From: Prochlorococcus sp. AG-355-B18
GTDB lineage: Bacteria > Cyanobacteriota > Cyanobacteriia > PCC-6307 > Cyanobiaceae
Assembly: GCA_003280965.1 (NCBI GenBank)
Contig: QCDI01000009.1
Span: 1-64,000 of the forward strand
Direction: 5' to 3'
DNA: 64,000 nucleotides
Both the position numbers and the translations under genes were made by a program. The notes beneath the pieces are model-generated. The model was not told where the DNA came from, searched no databases, and saw only the letters and a program-made list of their open reading frames with translations. This document shows positions 32,096-44,180 of the stretch, piece after piece; positions within the stretch are counted from its first letter, which is position 1, and the number at the start of each line of letters is the position of its first letter.

Positions 32096-32144
32096 ATAAC
32101 TTTCCTCAAAAATGGGATGATAAAGGGTTAAAATAGTTTTCTTG

Positions 32145-32231
32145 GGAGAGGTGGCCGAGTGGTTGAAGGCGCAGCACTGGAAATGCTGTATAGGGGCAAC
32201 TTTATCGAGGGTTCGAATCCCTCTCTCTCCG
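32145..32231 (+). tRNA. tRNA-Ser (anticodon GGA)
   Basis: Acceptor stem GGAGAGG/TCTCTCC, D arm TGGCCGAGTGGTTGAAGGC, anticodon arm CAGCA-CTGGAAA-TGCTG, long variable arm, T arm GAGGG-TTCGAAT-CCCTC. CCA is not encoded. Confidence 0.97.
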
Positions 32232-32442
32232 TTTTAGTTTAGTTGATTTTGGTTAATTACATCAACAAGCTCTCTGAAAAGGATACCTCAAAATTGATGA
32301 TTAACAGTTTGTAAGGTTATAAATAATCTTATTTATTTAAATTAAGTTGAAAATATTAGATTTTTACTATTATATGTAAATATCAAAGATATAAATTGAT
32401 TTAATTATTAGTAAATTTTGCTTAATTTAGCAATCTAAAATC

Positions 32443-34440
32443 ATGGGGCAAATAGTTGGAATTGATTTAGGTACTACTAACTCTGTTGTTGGAGTTATAG
32501 AAGCTGGTCGTCCGATTGTAATTGCAAATTCTGAAGGATCTAGAACTACACCTTCAATAGTAGGTTTTACAAAAGACAAAGAAATTGTAATAGGCGAACA
32601 AGCAAGAAGACAACTAGTTTTAAATCCAAAGAATACCTTTTATAACTTAAAAAGATTCATTGGAAGCGACTGGGACGAATTAGATGATAATAGTATTTCC
32701 GTTCCTTATAATGTCAAAGCAAATAATGCTGGAAGTGTAAGGGTTCTTAGTCCAAATACACAAAGAGAGTATGCTCCTGAAGAGCTAGTCAGCTCATTAA
32801 TTAGAAAATTAATTAATGATGCTGAAACATATCTTAGAGATACTGTTGACTCAGCTGTTATTACTGTCCCAGCATATTTTAATGAGTCTCAAAGGCAAGC
32901 CACAAAGGATTCAGCAATATTGGCGGGTATCAAAGTAGATAGAATCTTAAATGAACCTACTGCAGCTGCTCTAGCTTATGGCTTTGAAAAAAGTTCATCT
33001 AATAATGTTTTGGTATTTGATTTAGGGGGAGGAACATTTGATGTTTCATTGTTAAAAATTTCAAATGGTGTATTTGATGTAAAAGCCACCTGTGGAGATA
33101 CCCAATTAGGAGGAAACAATTTTGACTCAAAAATTGTAGATTGGCTTGCTGAAAAATTTCTTGATAAACATGATATTGATCTAAGACGAGACAGACAAGC
33201 TTTGCAGAGATTAACTGAGGCTGCTGAAAAAGCTAAATGTGAATTATCAGGATTGCAAAAAACAAAAATATCATTACCTTTCATCACAACTAGTAAAGAG
33301 GGGCCTTTACATATTGAGGAGACTTTAAATAGAAAAATATTTGAATCCTTATCTCAGGATCTATTAGACAGATTATTAGAGCCTGTACAAATAGCCCTAG
33401 ATGACTCTGGATGGAACGCTGAAGATATAGATGAGGTAGTACTTGTAGGTGGTAGCACAAGAATCCCAATGGTTCAACAATTAGTCAAGACTCTTGTTCC
33501 TAATGACCCCTGTCAATCAGTTAATCCAGACGAAGTTGTTGCAATTGGTGCTGCTATACAATCTGGAATAATAAGTGGTGATTTACAAGATTTACTTCTA
33601 AATGACGTTACGCCCTTATCTCTAGGTTTAGAAACAATTGGAGGTCTTATGAAGGTACTTATTCCTCGTAATACTCCTATACCAGTAAGGCAATCTGATG
33701 TTTTTAGTACATCAGAAGCTAATCAATCTTCAGTGGTTGTTCAAGTAAGGCAAGGCGAAAGGCCATTGGCATCTGAAAATAAATCACTTGGCAAATTTAG
33801 GCTATCTGGAATACCTCCGGCACCTAGAGGAATCCCACAAGTCCAAGTTGCATTTGATATTGATGCTAATGGTCTTTTAGAAGTTAGTGCCACTGATAGA
33901 ACAACTGGAAGAAAGCAAACAGTTACAATTTCTGGAGGATCTAATTTAAATGAGCAAGAAATTAATTCAATAATTGAAGAAGCTAAAACAAAAGCAAATG
34001 AAGATAGGATGAAACGATCTGTTATTGATAGAAAAAATAGTGCTTTAACTCTTATTGCACAAGCTGAAAGAAGACTTAGAGATGCTTCTCTAGAATTTGG
34101 GCCTTATGGAGCTGAAAGACAGCAACGTGCTGTCGAATTAGCTATTGAGGATGTTGAAGAATATATAAATGATGATGATCCTCAAGAATTAGAAATTTCA
34201 GTAAGTGCTCTCCAAGAAGCATTATTTGGTTTAAACAGAAAATTTGCGGCGGAAAGGAAAACTGATAATAATCCATTACAGGGTATTAAAAATACATTTG
34301 GTTCATTGAAGGATGAACTGTTTTCAGATGATTATTGGGATGATGATCCTTGGGATAATCAAATGAATAGAAATTATCGGAATTCGAGGTATGGTAATTC
34401 TAGGGATGATGATCCATGGGACAATGACTATTTCCTCTAA
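32443..34440 (+). CDS. dnaK: Hsp70 chaperone DnaK (DnaK3-type, acidic Trp-rich tail)
   Basis: GIDLGTTNS, DLGGGTFDVS, LVGGSTRIP, C-terminal DDYWDDDPW repeats. Coupled to a J-protein gene. Confidence 0.96.
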   Translation: MGQIVGIDLGTTNSVVGVIEAGRPIVIANSEGSRTTPSIVGFTKDKEIVIGEQARRQLVLNPKNTFYNLKRFIGSDWDELDDNSISVPYNVKANNAGSVRVLSPNTQREYAPEELVSSLIRKLINDAETYLRDTVDSAVITVPAYFNESQRQATKDSAILAGIKVDRILNEPTAAALAYGFEKSSSNNVLVFDLGGGTFDVSLLKISNGVFDVKATCGDTQLGGNNFDSKIVDWLAEKFLDKHDIDLRRDRQALQRLTEAAEKAKCELSGLQKTKISLPFITTSKEGPLHIEETLNRKIFESLSQDLLDRLLEPVQIALDDSGWNAEDIDEVVLVGGSTRIPMVQQLVKTLVPNDPCQSVNPDEVVAIGAAIQSGIISGDLQDLLLNDVTPLSLGLETIGGLMKVLIPRNTPIPVRQSDVFSTSEANQSSVVVQVRQGERPLASENKSLGKFRLSGIPPAPRGIPQVQVAFDIDANGLLEVSATDRTTGRKQTVTISGGSNLNEQEINSIIEEAKTKANEDRMKRSVIDRKNSALTLIAQAERRLRDASLEFGPYGAERQQRAVELAIEDVEEYINDDDPQELEISVSALQEALFGLNRKFAAERKTDNNPLQGIKNTFGSLKDELFSDDYWDDDPWDNQMNRNYRNSRYGNSRDDDPWDNDYFL

Positions 34441-35350
34441 AAAAGATTATTTGTCGATTTTGGGTTTATCCAATGGTTTCGACGATAAAGAACTAAAAAA
34501 GGCATTTCGAAGAGAAGCAAGAAAATGGCATCCAGATTTAAATAAAAATGATTTAAATGCAGAAGAAAGATTTAAATTAATTAACGAAGCCTACGAATAC
34601 CTACGGGATCCCAATAAAAGAAATAAAAATTCAGATGTAAATATTCAGGAAGATTACGAAAGTAATAATTTCAAAACAGGTTTTCCAGATTTTCAAGACT
34701 ATCTTGATTCATTATTTGGATATGAATATAACGCTAATATTGAAGATGAGTATACTGATGAACCACTTGATGATGAATATTCGAATCTAGAAAATGATGA
34801 ATTCAACAATTACGAATACCCTACAACATCTCCAGAAGAACCCCCTCCAGTTAAACTCAATCAAGATATAGAAACAATTATTGAATTAACACCTGATGAG
34901 GCCCTAAATGGAGCTTCAATATTAATTGAACTTGAAGATCAAACTATGGTTGAAGTTGATACACCTCCTTTTGCTGGAGATGGTTGGCGATTAAGACTAG
35001 AAAATATTGCAAGGGGAGGAAAAGATCATTATTTACAGTTAAAGGTTCAAACGGAAAGTGGACTAAGAATTGATGGTTTAAGAGTTATATATAAATTGGA
35101 GTTGTTTCCTCATGATGCACTTCTTGGTTGTGCAGTAGAGGTTCCTACTCTTGATGGGAATGTCACACTTCAAGTGCCTCCAAAATCATCAACCGGCAGA
35201 ATGTTACGTTTGAAGGGTAGAGGCCTAAAATTCGAAGATAATGTAGGTGATCAATATGTTGAAATCTTAGTAGTTATCCCTGCTGATATTAATGATGAAG
35301 AAATTGCCTTGTATACAAGATTACAAGAATTATCACTATCTGATTCTTAA
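34424..35350 (+). CDS. dnaJ: DnaJ-class co-chaperone (J domain plus C-terminal domain, no zinc finger)
   Basis: DYLSILGL...WHPDLN...FKLINEAYE and ALLGCAVEVPTLDG...LRLKGRGL. Start set at ATG 34424, overlapping the dnaK stop. Confidence 0.88.
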   Translation: MTISSKKDYLSILGLSNGFDDKELKKAFRREARKWHPDLNKNDLNAEERFKLINEAYEYLRDPNKRNKNSDVNIQEDYESNNFKTGFPDFQDYLDSLFGYEYNANIEDEYTDEPLDDEYSNLENDEFNNYEYPTTSPEEPPPVKLNQDIETIIELTPDEALNGASILIELEDQTMVEVDTPPFAGDGWRLRLENIARGGKDHYLQLKVQTESGLRIDGLRVIYKLELFPHDALLGCAVEVPTLDGNVTLQVPPKSSTGRMLRLKGRGLKFEDNVGDQYVEILVVIPADINDEEIALYTRLQELSLSDS

Positions 35351-35380
35351 TCAAATAATATATAGAAAAGATATTTTTTT

Positions 35381-35761
35381 ATGAATATATACGTTCTTTT
35401 ATATAATTCAGGAACAGATAAAGAAGGAATTCACTCTATAGAACTTAAAGGAAGAACTATAGTACTTATGTTTGAGGACAAAGATGATGCAACCAGATAC
35501 TGCGGACTTCTAGAGGCTCAAGATTTTCCTTTGCCAATAGTTGAAATGATAGATATAGAGGAGATTAGAGAGTTCTGTATTAAGTTGGATTACGAATGTA
35601 AACTTGTAGAGAAAAATTTTGTTCCTAAAACGCCCGAAGACAGGTTACTAATTTCTCCGCCTCAAAAAAACCTTGAGGTGGAAAATTGGGAGGAAAATTC
35701 TGATAATCAAGAAAAAATAGATATAAACACCATTAAGGAAAACCTTGAAAAGTTACTTTAA
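35381..35761 (+). CDS. DUF3110-family protein
   Basis: VLLYNSGTDKEGIHS and VLMFEDKDDATRYCGLLEAQDFPLP. Follows dnaK-dnaJ. Confidence 0.85.
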   Translation: MNIYVLLYNSGTDKEGIHSIELKGRTIVLMFEDKDDATRYCGLLEAQDFPLPIVEMIDIEEIREFCIKLDYECKLVEKNFVPKTPEDRLLISPPQKNLEVENWEENSDNQEKIDINTIKENLEKLL

Positions 35762-35795
35762 GGATTAAGATAAAATTAACTTAAATCAAAAAAAA

Positions 35796-36233
35796 ATGAC
35801 CAAGGCATTATTTGAAACGGAAGTAGGAAACATAAACATTGAATTTTTCTCTAATGATGCACCTAATACTGTTAATAACTTCACGAAATTGATAAGTGAT
35901 GGATTTTATGATGGTCTAGCATTTCACAGAGTTATTCCTGGATTTATGGCACAGGGTGGATGTCCAAATACTCGTGATGGGGCCTCTGGTATGCCTGGAA
36001 CTGGAGGCCCTGGATATCAAATTAAATGTGAAATAAATTCAAATAAGCATCTCAAAGGCTCACTTTCTATGGCTCATGCAGGAAAGGACACAGGCGGCAG
36101 TCAATTTTTTATAGTTTATGAACCACAACCACATCTTGATGGAGTTCATACTGTTTTTGGAAAAACTAACGATATGGATGTAGTGCTTAAACTTACTAAC
36201 GGTTCAAAAATTCTAAAGGCAACTCTAAAGTAA
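35796..36233 (+). CDS. ppiB: Cyclophilin-type peptidyl-prolyl isomerase
   Basis: [40 protein letters not shown]. Confidence 0.93.
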   Translation: MTKALFETEVGNINIEFFSNDAPNTVNNFTKLISDGFYDGLAFHRVIPGFMAQGGCPNTRDGASGMPGTGGPGYQIKCEINSNKHLKGSLSMAHAGKDTGGSQFFIVYEPQPHLDGVHTVFGKTNDMDVVLKLTNGSKILKATLK

Positions 36234-36239
36234 GTACTT

Positions 36240-37976
36240 TTAGCCTTCAAAAACAATACTAAATGTCTCTTTATCTAGATTAAATTTTCTGGTAGATGAA
36301 TATAAGATCTCATTATTAAAAGAAAATTTAGTATTGATTAGTTTGATGCTACTTTTTGGATGTAATGCTTGTTCAATATTTCTGGAAACTATAATCCCAA
36401 TTTTTGTACTATGTTCGTATTCTGATAAAAACTGAATAAATAATTCTATATTTTTTATTTCTTGATCAGTAATGTTGGAATCAGTTCTATTTTGATCATG
36501 TAATATTCGCCAAACTAATTTTGGTCGATTCCAAAAAGCCAATAATCTTGGAGTACTTTCAAGTTTAATATTAATGTTTTGATCATTACAGAATTTAATT
36601 ACTTTATTTTTTATTGGAACTAAGTCAATAGATCTATAATTTCCGTCAAGAAAAATAGATATAAATGGGTCGATATTTCTTGAATTAGAATTATCGTCAT
36701 CAATCAAGTGGCCTAACTTTGTTTTCTTTACACTTAAATATTCAGCATTATTATCATTTGGACAAATAACTAATGGCAATCTCTCAATAACTTCTATTCC
36801 ATAACCACCTAATCCAGCTATCTTTCTTGGATTGTTTGTTAATAATTTTAATTTTTTAATCCCAAGATCTGTCAATATCTGCGCTCCAACACCATAATTT
36901 CTGAGATCTGCTGGAAATCCTAATTTTTCATTAGCTTCAACTGTATCTAATCCACCATCCTGCAAACTATAAGCTTTTAATTTATTTATAAGACCTATAC
37001 CCCTGCCTTCTTGCCTTAAATAAACAACAACCCCCTCTTCCTCCTTTTCTATCCTTGATAAAGCAGCCTCTAACTGAGGTCTACAATCACAACGCAATGA
37101 TCCAAAAGCATCACCCGTTAAGCATTCTGAATGCATTCTTACTAATACAGGTTCACTTAATTTTGATGATTTTTGCTTAACTAATGCGACATGTTCTGAA
37201 CCATCAAGTTCATTAATATATCCGTAGGCTTTGAAATTTCCAAAAATACTTGGTAGAACTGCATCTGATTTCCTAAAAACAAATCTTTCAGTTTGAAATC
37301 GATAACTAATTAAATCAGCTATTGATATTAATTTCATTCCCCACTGTTTAGCATATTCTTTAAGTTGCGGAAGTCTTGACATGGATCCATCAGGATTTTG
37401 TATTTCACAAATTACTCCAGCAGGATATAGACCTGACATTGCTGCAATATCTACGGCTGCTTCTGTATGACCTGCTCGTTTTAAAACCCCACCTTTTTTT
37501 GCTCTTAATGGAAATATATGTCCTGGCCTTCTTAAATCCTCAGGCTTTGTATTAGGATTTATTGCAACTTGAATTGTCTTAGCTCTGTCTTCAGCTGAGA
37601 TACCAGTAGATACATTATTTTCAGGACCAGCATCAATTGATATCGTAAAAGCGGTTTGATTTTCATCAGTATTTCTATCTACCATTAATGGTAAATCTAA
37701 TGAGTCAAGTTTTTCACCTTGCATAGCTAGACATATAAGACCCCTTCCTTCTGTAGCCATAAAATTAATTTGCTGAGGAGTAGCAAACTGAGCCGCACAA
37801 ATCAGATCACCTTCATTTTCTCTTCTTTCATCATCTACCACGATTATGCATTCACCATTCCTTATTGCGGCTAGTGCATCACTAATAGGATCAAATTCAA
37901 TTTTAAAACTTTCATTTATATCCAAAATTGTTCCATTATTTGATTTGGGACTTGTTTCTTTCATTATTCCTATCAA
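36240..37976 (-). CDS. ribBA: Bifunctional DHBP synthase / GTP cyclohydrolase II
   Basis: DDERRENEGD, GHTEA, RMHSECLTGDAFGSLRCDC, QEGRGIGL, LTNNPRK. The start may be ATG 37964. Confidence 0.96.
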   Translation of the reverse strand: MIGIMKETSPKSNNGTILDINESFKIEFDPISDALAAIRNGECIIVVDDERRENEGDLICAAQFATPQQINFMATEGRGLICLAMQGEKLDSLDLPLMVDRNTDENQTAFTISIDAGPENNVSTGISAEDRAKTIQVAINPNTKPEDLRRPGHIFPLRAKKGGVLKRAGHTEAAVDIAAMSGLYPAGVICEIQNPDGSMSRLPQLKEYAKQWGMKLISIADLISYRFQTERFVFRKSDAVLPSIFGNFKAYGYINELDGSEHVALVKQKSSKLSEPVLVRMHSECLTGDAFGSLRCDCRPQLEAALSRIEKEEEGVVVYLRQEGRGIGLINKLKAYSLQDGGLDTVEANEKLGFPADLRNYGVGAQILTDLGIKKLKLLTNNPRKIAGLGGYGIEVIERLPLVICPNDNNAEYLSVKKTKLGHLIDDDNSNSRNIDPFISIFLDGNYRSIDLVPIKNKVIKFCNDQNINIKLESTPRLLAFWNRPKLVWRILHDQNRTDSNITDQEIKNIELFIQFLSEYEHSTKIGIIVSRNIEQALHPKSSIKLINTKFSFNNEILYSSTRKFNLDKETFSIVFEG

Positions 37977-38052
37977 TATAGAAAAATAGTGTGTTAGTTA
38001 TCCTAAATTCAACACTTTATAATCCTATCTCAAAGTCTGCCAATTCAAAGAA

Positions 38053-39108
38053 ATGAATGTTGCAATAGTAGGTGCTACTGGTTACGGCGGTATTCAAGCG
38101 GTAAATCTTTTAAAAAAGAATAAAAACTATAAAATCTCATTTTTAGGAGGTAATAAAACATCTGGATCAAAGTGGAATGATAATTTTCCTTTTATTTATC
38201 TTGATGATGATCCCTATATTGAAGAAATTTCCATTGAGAATATCTCAAATAAAGCTGATATTGCCTTGCTTTGTTTACCAAATGGTATATCTTGTACTTT
38301 GACAAGAAAATTATTAGATAAAGGAATAAAAGTTATTGATTTATCTGCTGATTATAGGTATAAGTCTTTAGATGAATGGAAAAAAATATATTCTAAAGAA
38401 GCTGCTATTTATAAAAGAAATGATGATGATTTATGTAAAGAGGCGGTTTATGGCATTCCTGAATTAAATAAAGAAGCTATTGCAAATGCAAGATTAATTG
38501 CATGTCCAGGATGTTACCCAACATCAGCTCTTATTCCATTAGCTCCTCTGCTATCACAGGGCATTATTGAAAATGATGGTATTGTGATCGATTCTAAAAG
38601 CGGAACTTCTGGAGGTGGTAGAGAGCCTAATCAAAAGTTGCTTTTATCAGAATGTGGAGATGGACTATCTGCCTATGGTTTGATAAACCACAGGCATACA
38701 TCAGAAATAGAACAAATAGCATCTTCAATATCGGGTAATAACATTGAACTTCTATTTACTCCTCACTTAATTCCAATTTCAAGAGGTATGCTTTCGACTA
38801 TATATGGGAGATTAAAAGATCCTGGTTTGACTTCAGATGATTGCAGAATTCTTTTGGATAATTTCTATAGAAATTTTAATAACATTAAAGTCTTACCGGT
38901 AGACACATACCCCTCAACCAAATGGGTTAAAAATACAAACCAAATTGTCCTATCTGTAAAAGTTGATAGTCGAAATGGAAGGATTATTATTTTATCCGTA
39001 ATTGATAATTTGTTAAAAGGTCAGACAGGTCAAGCTATTCAAAATTTAAATATTATGAGCGGATTTTCAATAGATGATGGTCTTGAGTTAACTAATAACT
39101 TTCCCTAA
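38053..39108 (+). CDS. argC: N-acetyl-gamma-glutamyl-phosphate reductase
   Basis: GATGYGG, DLSADYR, PGCYPT, SGTSGGG, HRH, DNLLKG. Confidence 0.97.
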   Translation: MNVAIVGATGYGGIQAVNLLKKNKNYKISFLGGNKTSGSKWNDNFPFIYLDDDPYIEEISIENISNKADIALLCLPNGISCTLTRKLLDKGIKVIDLSADYRYKSLDEWKKIYSKEAAIYKRNDDDLCKEAVYGIPELNKEAIANARLIACPGCYPTSALIPLAPLLSQGIIENDGIVIDSKSGTSGGGREPNQKLLLSECGDGLSAYGLINHRHTSEIEQIASSISGNNIELLFTPHLIPISRGMLSTIYGRLKDPGLTSDDCRILLDNFYRNFNNIKVLPVDTYPSTKWVKNTNQIVLSVKVDSRNGRIIILSVIDNLLKGQTGQAIQNLNIMSGFSIDDGLELTNNFP

Positions 39109-39747
39109 ATCCCCTCTTATCAAATAGCCAGCATGCGAAATTGAATGAGGTAAAATTATATGCTCAAGTATTTGAATTTTTTTTGAAAGTGTTTCAACAT
39201 TGTCTTCATTTGAAATTGGCAATGCAGCTTGCATTATAAGAGAACCACTATCTACTTCCTCCTCAACATAATGCACTGAACAACCTGTAATTTTAGAACC
39301 ATTTAATAAAGAGTCCTTAATTGCAGAACCACCTTTATATGCAGGAAGTAATGACGGGTGAATATTTATTATTTTGTTCTTAAATTTATTTATAAAGAAA
39401 GGAGAAACAATTTTCATCCAGCCTGCCATTACAACAAGTTCAACATCGTAATTAACTAAAGTATTTATAATTTCTAATTCAAATAGCTCTTTTTGCGAAA
39501 AGTCTTTACCTCTTATTATTTTGTGAGGTATTTCTCCACTTTCAGCTCTTTTTATACAACCTGCATCATCTTTGTTAGTTATAAGAACTTTTATATCTAT
39601 ATCTAATTCTCCATTTTCTGAAAGATTAATTAACTCCTGAAAGTTTGTTCCTTTTCCTGAAGCAAGTACACCTATTTTTAATTTTGGTGAAAATTTTCTA
39701 AATTCAGATATTTCAGGCGAAATTATGTATTTAATTGATTTATCCAA
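39088..39747 (-). CDS. purN: Phosphoribosylglycinamide formyltransferase
   Basis: ASGKGTN, NIHPSLLP, GCSVHYV...DSG. Confidence 0.96.
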   Translation of the reverse strand: MDKSIKYIISPEISEFRKFSPKLKIGVLASGKGTNFQELINLSENGELDIDIKVLITNKDDAGCIKRAESGEIPHKIIRGKDFSQKELFELEIINTLVNYDVELVVMAGWMKIVSPFFINKFKNKIINIHPSLLPAYKGGSAIKDSLLNGSKITGCSVHYVEEEVDSGSLIMQAALPISNEDNVETLSKKIQILEHIILPHSISHAGYLIRGDLGKVIS

Positions 39748-39922
39748 TTTTTTATTTTATCCAATGATAAATTCATATGAAATAAAAAAAACCCTATATT
39801 TTAATTGTTTATATTCAATAACATATTTATTTGAAGATAAAATTTAAACAAATTTAAATGATTCAAATCTATGTACTATTCGTATAGATATAATTAAATA
39901 ATAAATAAAGAAAATATATAAA

Positions 39923-41506
39923 ATGATTGGAGATTTAAACTCTTGGGATAAATTTTGTAATTATCTTTGGTTTGACAAAAAATTAAATATTTGGTTAGAC
40001 ATCAGCAAAATTAAATTCTCAAATGAAGAAATAAAAAACTTTGAAGATAAATTTATAGATGTTTTTTCATCAATAAAAGAATTAGAAAATGGTGCAATCT
40101 CAAATATTGATGAAAATAGACAAGTAGGACACTATTGGCTTAGAAATCCATCAATTTCTCCATCATCACAAATAGGAAATGATATTAGTGCCGATATTAA
40201 TGAAATCTCTGAATTTGGAAAACAAATTTTAAATGGAGATATTAAGAATAAGAATAATCGGAACTATACTGATGTTCTATGGATAGGAATAGGTGGAAGT
40301 GGATTAGGCCCATTACTTATTACAGAGTCACTACAGAAGTGCACTAAAGGATTAAATTTTTCCTATGTCGATAATATTGATCCTTTTTTAATTAGTGAAA
40401 AGTTAGAAGAGTTATCTGAAAAATTATCCACTACATTATTTGTAGTAGTAAGCAAATCAGGTGGTACGCCTGAACCTAGAATTGCTATGGAAATTATCAA
40501 AAGTCATTGTGAAAACAATACGCTTGATTGGAATTCAAATGCTATAGCTATAACTATGAAAGACAGTAAGTTATTTAAGAAAGCCACTTCTGAAAATTGG
40601 TTAAAAATATTTAATTTACAAGATTGGGTTGGAGGAAGAACTAGTATTACAAGCGCTGTGGGATTACTGCCTTTAGCTCTAATTAATGAAAATATATTTG
40701 AATTCATTAAAGGCGCATCATTGATGGATGAGGCTACACGCTCAAGTGATTTTAAAAATAATCCTGCAGCATTATTATCATCTGCATGGTATTTAACAGG
40801 GGATGGCCTTGGAAAGAGAGATATGGTCGTTTTACCTTATAGAGATAGGTTACAGGTATTTAGTAAATATCTTCAACAATTAGTAATGGAATCATTAGGT
40901 AAGAAATTTAATAGGAATGGTGAAATAGTTAATCAAGGTATTTCAGTTTTTGGTAATAAAGGATCTACAGATCAACATGCTTATGTTCAGCAACTGAGAG
41001 ATGGTATTGATAATTTCTTTTGTATTTTTATTGAATTATTAGATTCTCCAACGACCAATATTTTTGATGAAAAAGAGAATCCTAAGGAATATCTTTCTGG
41101 TTTTTTGCAAGGAACCAGATCCGCACTTTCTAGTGAAAACAGACAGAGTATTACCATAACACTAGATAAGTTAAATTGTTTATCACTAGGTGCCTTAATC
41201 GCATTATTTGAAAGGGCTGTATCCTTCTACGCTGAATTAGTAAATATAAATGCATACGATCAGCCTGGAGTTGAAGCTGGAAAGAAAGCAGCAGCAAATA
41301 TTATTGAGTATCAACAAAAAATAAGAAATTTATTAGACGAAGGAGGAGAATATTCTATGAGTGACCTAACGTCATTATTTGATAATTCAGTTAATGAACC
41401 TATTTTTTTCATAATACGTGAAATGTGTTTTGGTAATGAAGATTATTTAGTTAAGGGCGATTGGTCAAATCCGAATTCATTAGTTATTCAAAAAATAAAT
41501 ACTTAA
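39923..41506 (+). CDS. pgi: Glucose-6-phosphate isomerase
   Basis: [41 protein letters not shown]. Confidence 0.97.
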   Translation: MIGDLNSWDKFCNYLWFDKKLNIWLDISKIKFSNEEIKNFEDKFIDVFSSIKELENGAISNIDENRQVGHYWLRNPSISPSSQIGNDISADINEISEFGKQILNGDIKNKNNRNYTDVLWIGIGGSGLGPLLITESLQKCTKGLNFSYVDNIDPFLISEKLEELSEKLSTTLFVVVSKSGGTPEPRIAMEIIKSHCENNTLDWNSNAIAITMKDSKLFKKATSENWLKIFNLQDWVGGRTSITSAVGLLPLALINENIFEFIKGASLMDEATRSSDFKNNPAALLSSAWYLTGDGLGKRDMVVLPYRDRLQVFSKYLQQLVMESLGKKFNRNGEIVNQGISVFGNKGSTDQHAYVQQLRDGIDNFFCIFIELLDSPTTNIFDEKENPKEYLSGFLQGTRSALSSENRQSITITLDKLNCLSLGALIALFERAVSFYAELVNINAYDQPGVEAGKKAAANIIEYQQKIRNLLDEGGEYSMSDLTSLFDNSVNEPIFFIIREMCFGNEDYLVKGDWSNPNSLVIQKINT

Positions 41507-44073
41507 ACAACAATATTCATAATTTTTCCTTTAACAATAATTATTTTTCTTATTTCCTTATCATTGGTCCATTTTAAAATATTAGGTCTTTTAAGAGTCA
41601 ATTCCTTAATTTGATCTTCATTCATTTCATTATTAATATTTATTTTATCTCTAACTTTTCCATTCACTTGTATAACTAGTTCATATGAATCTTCTTTTAA
41701 AGCTTCTGCATTAAATGAAGGCCAGTTTTCTAAATGAACAGAATTTTTAAATCCTATAAGATGCCATATCTCTTCAGAAATATGAGGTGCAAATGGAGCT
41801 AACAAAATACAAAATGTTTTTAAAGCATCTTTTTTCAAATTATTATTTACATCATTAATGGAATTTGATAATGAATTATAAAATTTCATTAGTTCTGAAA
41901 TTGCAGTGTTAAATTGGTTATTTAATATGTCATTTGAAATTTCTTTTATAGCAATGTTCATTGACTTTATTAAAGTTTTTTCTTTATCTGGATAGGACTT
42001 ACTTTTACTATTTATATCTTTTGCACAATTTATATAAAGCTTCCAAATCCTGCTTAAAAATCTAAATTGTCCTTCAACATCTTTATCTCCCCATTCCAAA
42101 TCTTTTTCTGGTGGTGCTTTAAATAATATAAACATTCTTGCTGTATCTGCTCCATATTTTTTAATTACTGATTCAGGATCTATTCCGTTATATTTTGACT
42201 TGGACATCTTCTCGAAAAGAACTTCTAGTTTTGAATTGTCGATTGGATCTTTAGGATTTGATAGGTCTGTAATATCGGAAGGAGAAACATATTTACCAGT
42301 TTTATTGTTTTTATATGCTGCGGCCTGCACCATTCCTTGAGTTAATAACTTCTTGAATGGTTCATCAATTTCAAACAAATCATTATCTCGCAAAGCTTTC
42401 GTGAAAAATCTTGCATATAACAAATGCAATATTGCATGCTCTACTCCTCCAACATATTGATCAACAGGCAACCATTTATTAATTTCAGATTTTTCAAATG
42501 GCTTGGTTGAACACTTTGACGATGGATATCTTAAAAAATACCAAGACGAACACATGAAGGTGTCCATAGTATCAGTTTCTTTTCTTGCAGCTATTCCACA
42601 TTTTGGACATTTTGTATTTATCCAATTATTGTTATCACCTAAGGCATTAATCTTATTAGCAGAGATTTCTATGTCTTTTGGTAAGGAAAGAGGTAATTCG
42701 GATTGGTTTAAAGGAACAGATCCACACTTTTTACAATTAACTATTGGTATTGGACATCCCCAGTATCTTTGTCTAGATATTAACCAATCTCTTAGTCGAT
42801 ATTGAATCTTATTTTCGGCCCATCCTTTATTTTCTCCTTCCTCTGAGATTTTTAATTTAGCAATATTATTTTCTATACCATCGTATTGATTAGAATTAAT
42901 AAGGTATCCATTTTCTATATAAGCATTATCAAGCTCATTAGTTAATTCACTTTTTTCTTTTACTATTACCTGTCTAATATTAATATTGTTTTTCTTAGCA
43001 AATTCAAAATCTCTTAAATCATGAGCAGGTACACCCATAACAGCACCTGTACCGTATTCATCAAGAACATAACTTGCCACCCAAATAGGTACAGGTTCAG
43101 AATTTACTGGATTTATAGCTATTAAACTAGTTTTTATTCCAATTTTTTCAAGTTCATTGTTTTTATTTTTTTTCAAATATTGTTTTAGTTTTTCTATATC
43201 TTGTAAGGTTGTCTGATCAGAAATATTTTTAATTAATGAATGATTAACCGAGATTGCTAAATAGGTAACTCCAAATAAAGTATCAGGTCTTGTTGTGAAT
43301 ACAGTTATTTTCTCTTGTGGATCGGTGTTTATATTAAAATTAATATTTGTACCAATTGACTTTCCAATCCAATTATCTTGCATTATTTTTACTCTCTCTG
43401 GCCAATCATCTAATTTTTCTAAATCCTTTAATAACTCATCTGCGTAGTTAGTAATCCTTAAAAACCATTGCTTTAATAATTTTTTTTCAACTAATGCTCC
43501 AGATCTCCAAGATTTACCCTCTGAGTCAACTTGTTCATTTGCTAAGACTGTATTATCTATAGGATCCCAATTAACTTCTGATTCCTTTTGATATACAAGA
43601 CCTGATTTATATAATTCTAAAAATAGATATTGAGTCCAGACATAATAATTTTCATCACAGGTTGCAAATTCCCTATTCCAATCAACTGATAGTCCCAAAA
43701 GTTTTAGTTGTGACTTCATATGAGAAATATTTTTTTTAGTCCAGACACTAGGACTAATTCCTCTTTCAATTGCAGCATTCTCTGCAGGCAAACCAAAAGC
43801 ATCCCAACCCATTGGATGTAAAACTGATTTCCCCTTAAACCTTTGAAAACGAGCTATTAAGTCTGTAATTACATAATTCCTAACATGTCCCATGTGAAGA
43901 TTACCCGATGGGTAGGGAAACATTGATAAGGCATAAAATTTATCGCTATTCTCAGTTAATTCGTCGGTTTTATATAAATTGTTTTCTGCCCATATTGATT
44001 GCCACTTTTTTTCTATTTCAGATGGATTATATAAATTGTAATCTGCTTCATATTGTTTATCAGGAGAAATCAC
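41503..44073 (-). CDS. leuS: Leucine-tRNA ligase
   Basis: HMGH and KMSKS class I motifs, editing-domain FTTRPDT and [12 protein letters not shown]. Confidence 0.98.
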   Translation of the reverse strand: MISPDKQYEADYNLYNPSEIEKKWQSIWAENNLYKTDELTENSDKFYALSMFPYPSGNLHMGHVRNYVITDLIARFQRFKGKSVLHPMGWDAFGLPAENAAIERGISPSVWTKKNISHMKSQLKLLGLSVDWNREFATCDENYYVWTQYLFLELYKSGLVYQKESEVNWDPIDNTVLANEQVDSEGKSWRSGALVEKKLLKQWFLRITNYADELLKDLEKLDDWPERVKIMQDNWIGKSIGTNINFNINTDPQEKITVFTTRPDTLFGVTYLAISVNHSLIKNISDQTTLQDIEKLKQYLKKNKNNELEKIGIKTSLIAINPVNSEPVPIWVASYVLDEYGTGAVMGVPAHDLRDFEFAKKNNINIRQVIVKEKSELTNELDNAYIENGYLINSNQYDGIENNIAKLKISEEGENKGWAENKIQYRLRDWLISRQRYWGCPIPIVNCKKCGSVPLNQSELPLSLPKDIEISANKINALGDNNNWINTKCPKCGIAARKETDTMDTFMCSSWYFLRYPSSKCSTKPFEKSEINKWLPVDQYVGGVEHAILHLLYARFFTKALRDNDLFEIDEPFKKLLTQGMVQAAAYKNNKTGKYVSPSDITDLSNPKDPIDNSKLEVLFEKMSKSKYNGIDPESVIKKYGADTARMFILFKAPPEKDLEWGDKDVEGQFRFLSRIWKLYINCAKDINSKSKSYPDKEKTLIKSMNIAIKEISNDILNNQFNTAISELMKFYNSLSNSINDVNNNLKKDALKTFCILLAPFAPHISEEIWHLIGFKNSVHLENWPSFNAEALKEDSYELVIQVNGKVRDKININNEMNEDQIKELTLKRPNILKWTNDKEIRKIIIVKGKIMNIVV

Positions 44074-44180
44074 TTAATTCTTGTTTATTAAATTATTATT
44101 TTAATATCCATTGTATAAAATAGAAATAGATTGTTAAAAGGAATAATTTATAATTAAAATTTAAAATATATATTCTACAA

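Noticed and set aside
32232..32442. Possible island or integration site after tRNA-Ser
   Set aside because: Only 211 bp separate the tRNA from dnaK. I saw no integrase and no duplicated tRNA 3' end. The short GTTGAT...ATCAAC repeat is too weak to call.
32427..32453. CIRCE-like half-site TTAGCAATC before dnaK (also TTAGCACT at 23881)
   Set aside because: No matching GAGTGCTAA half at 9-nt spacing.
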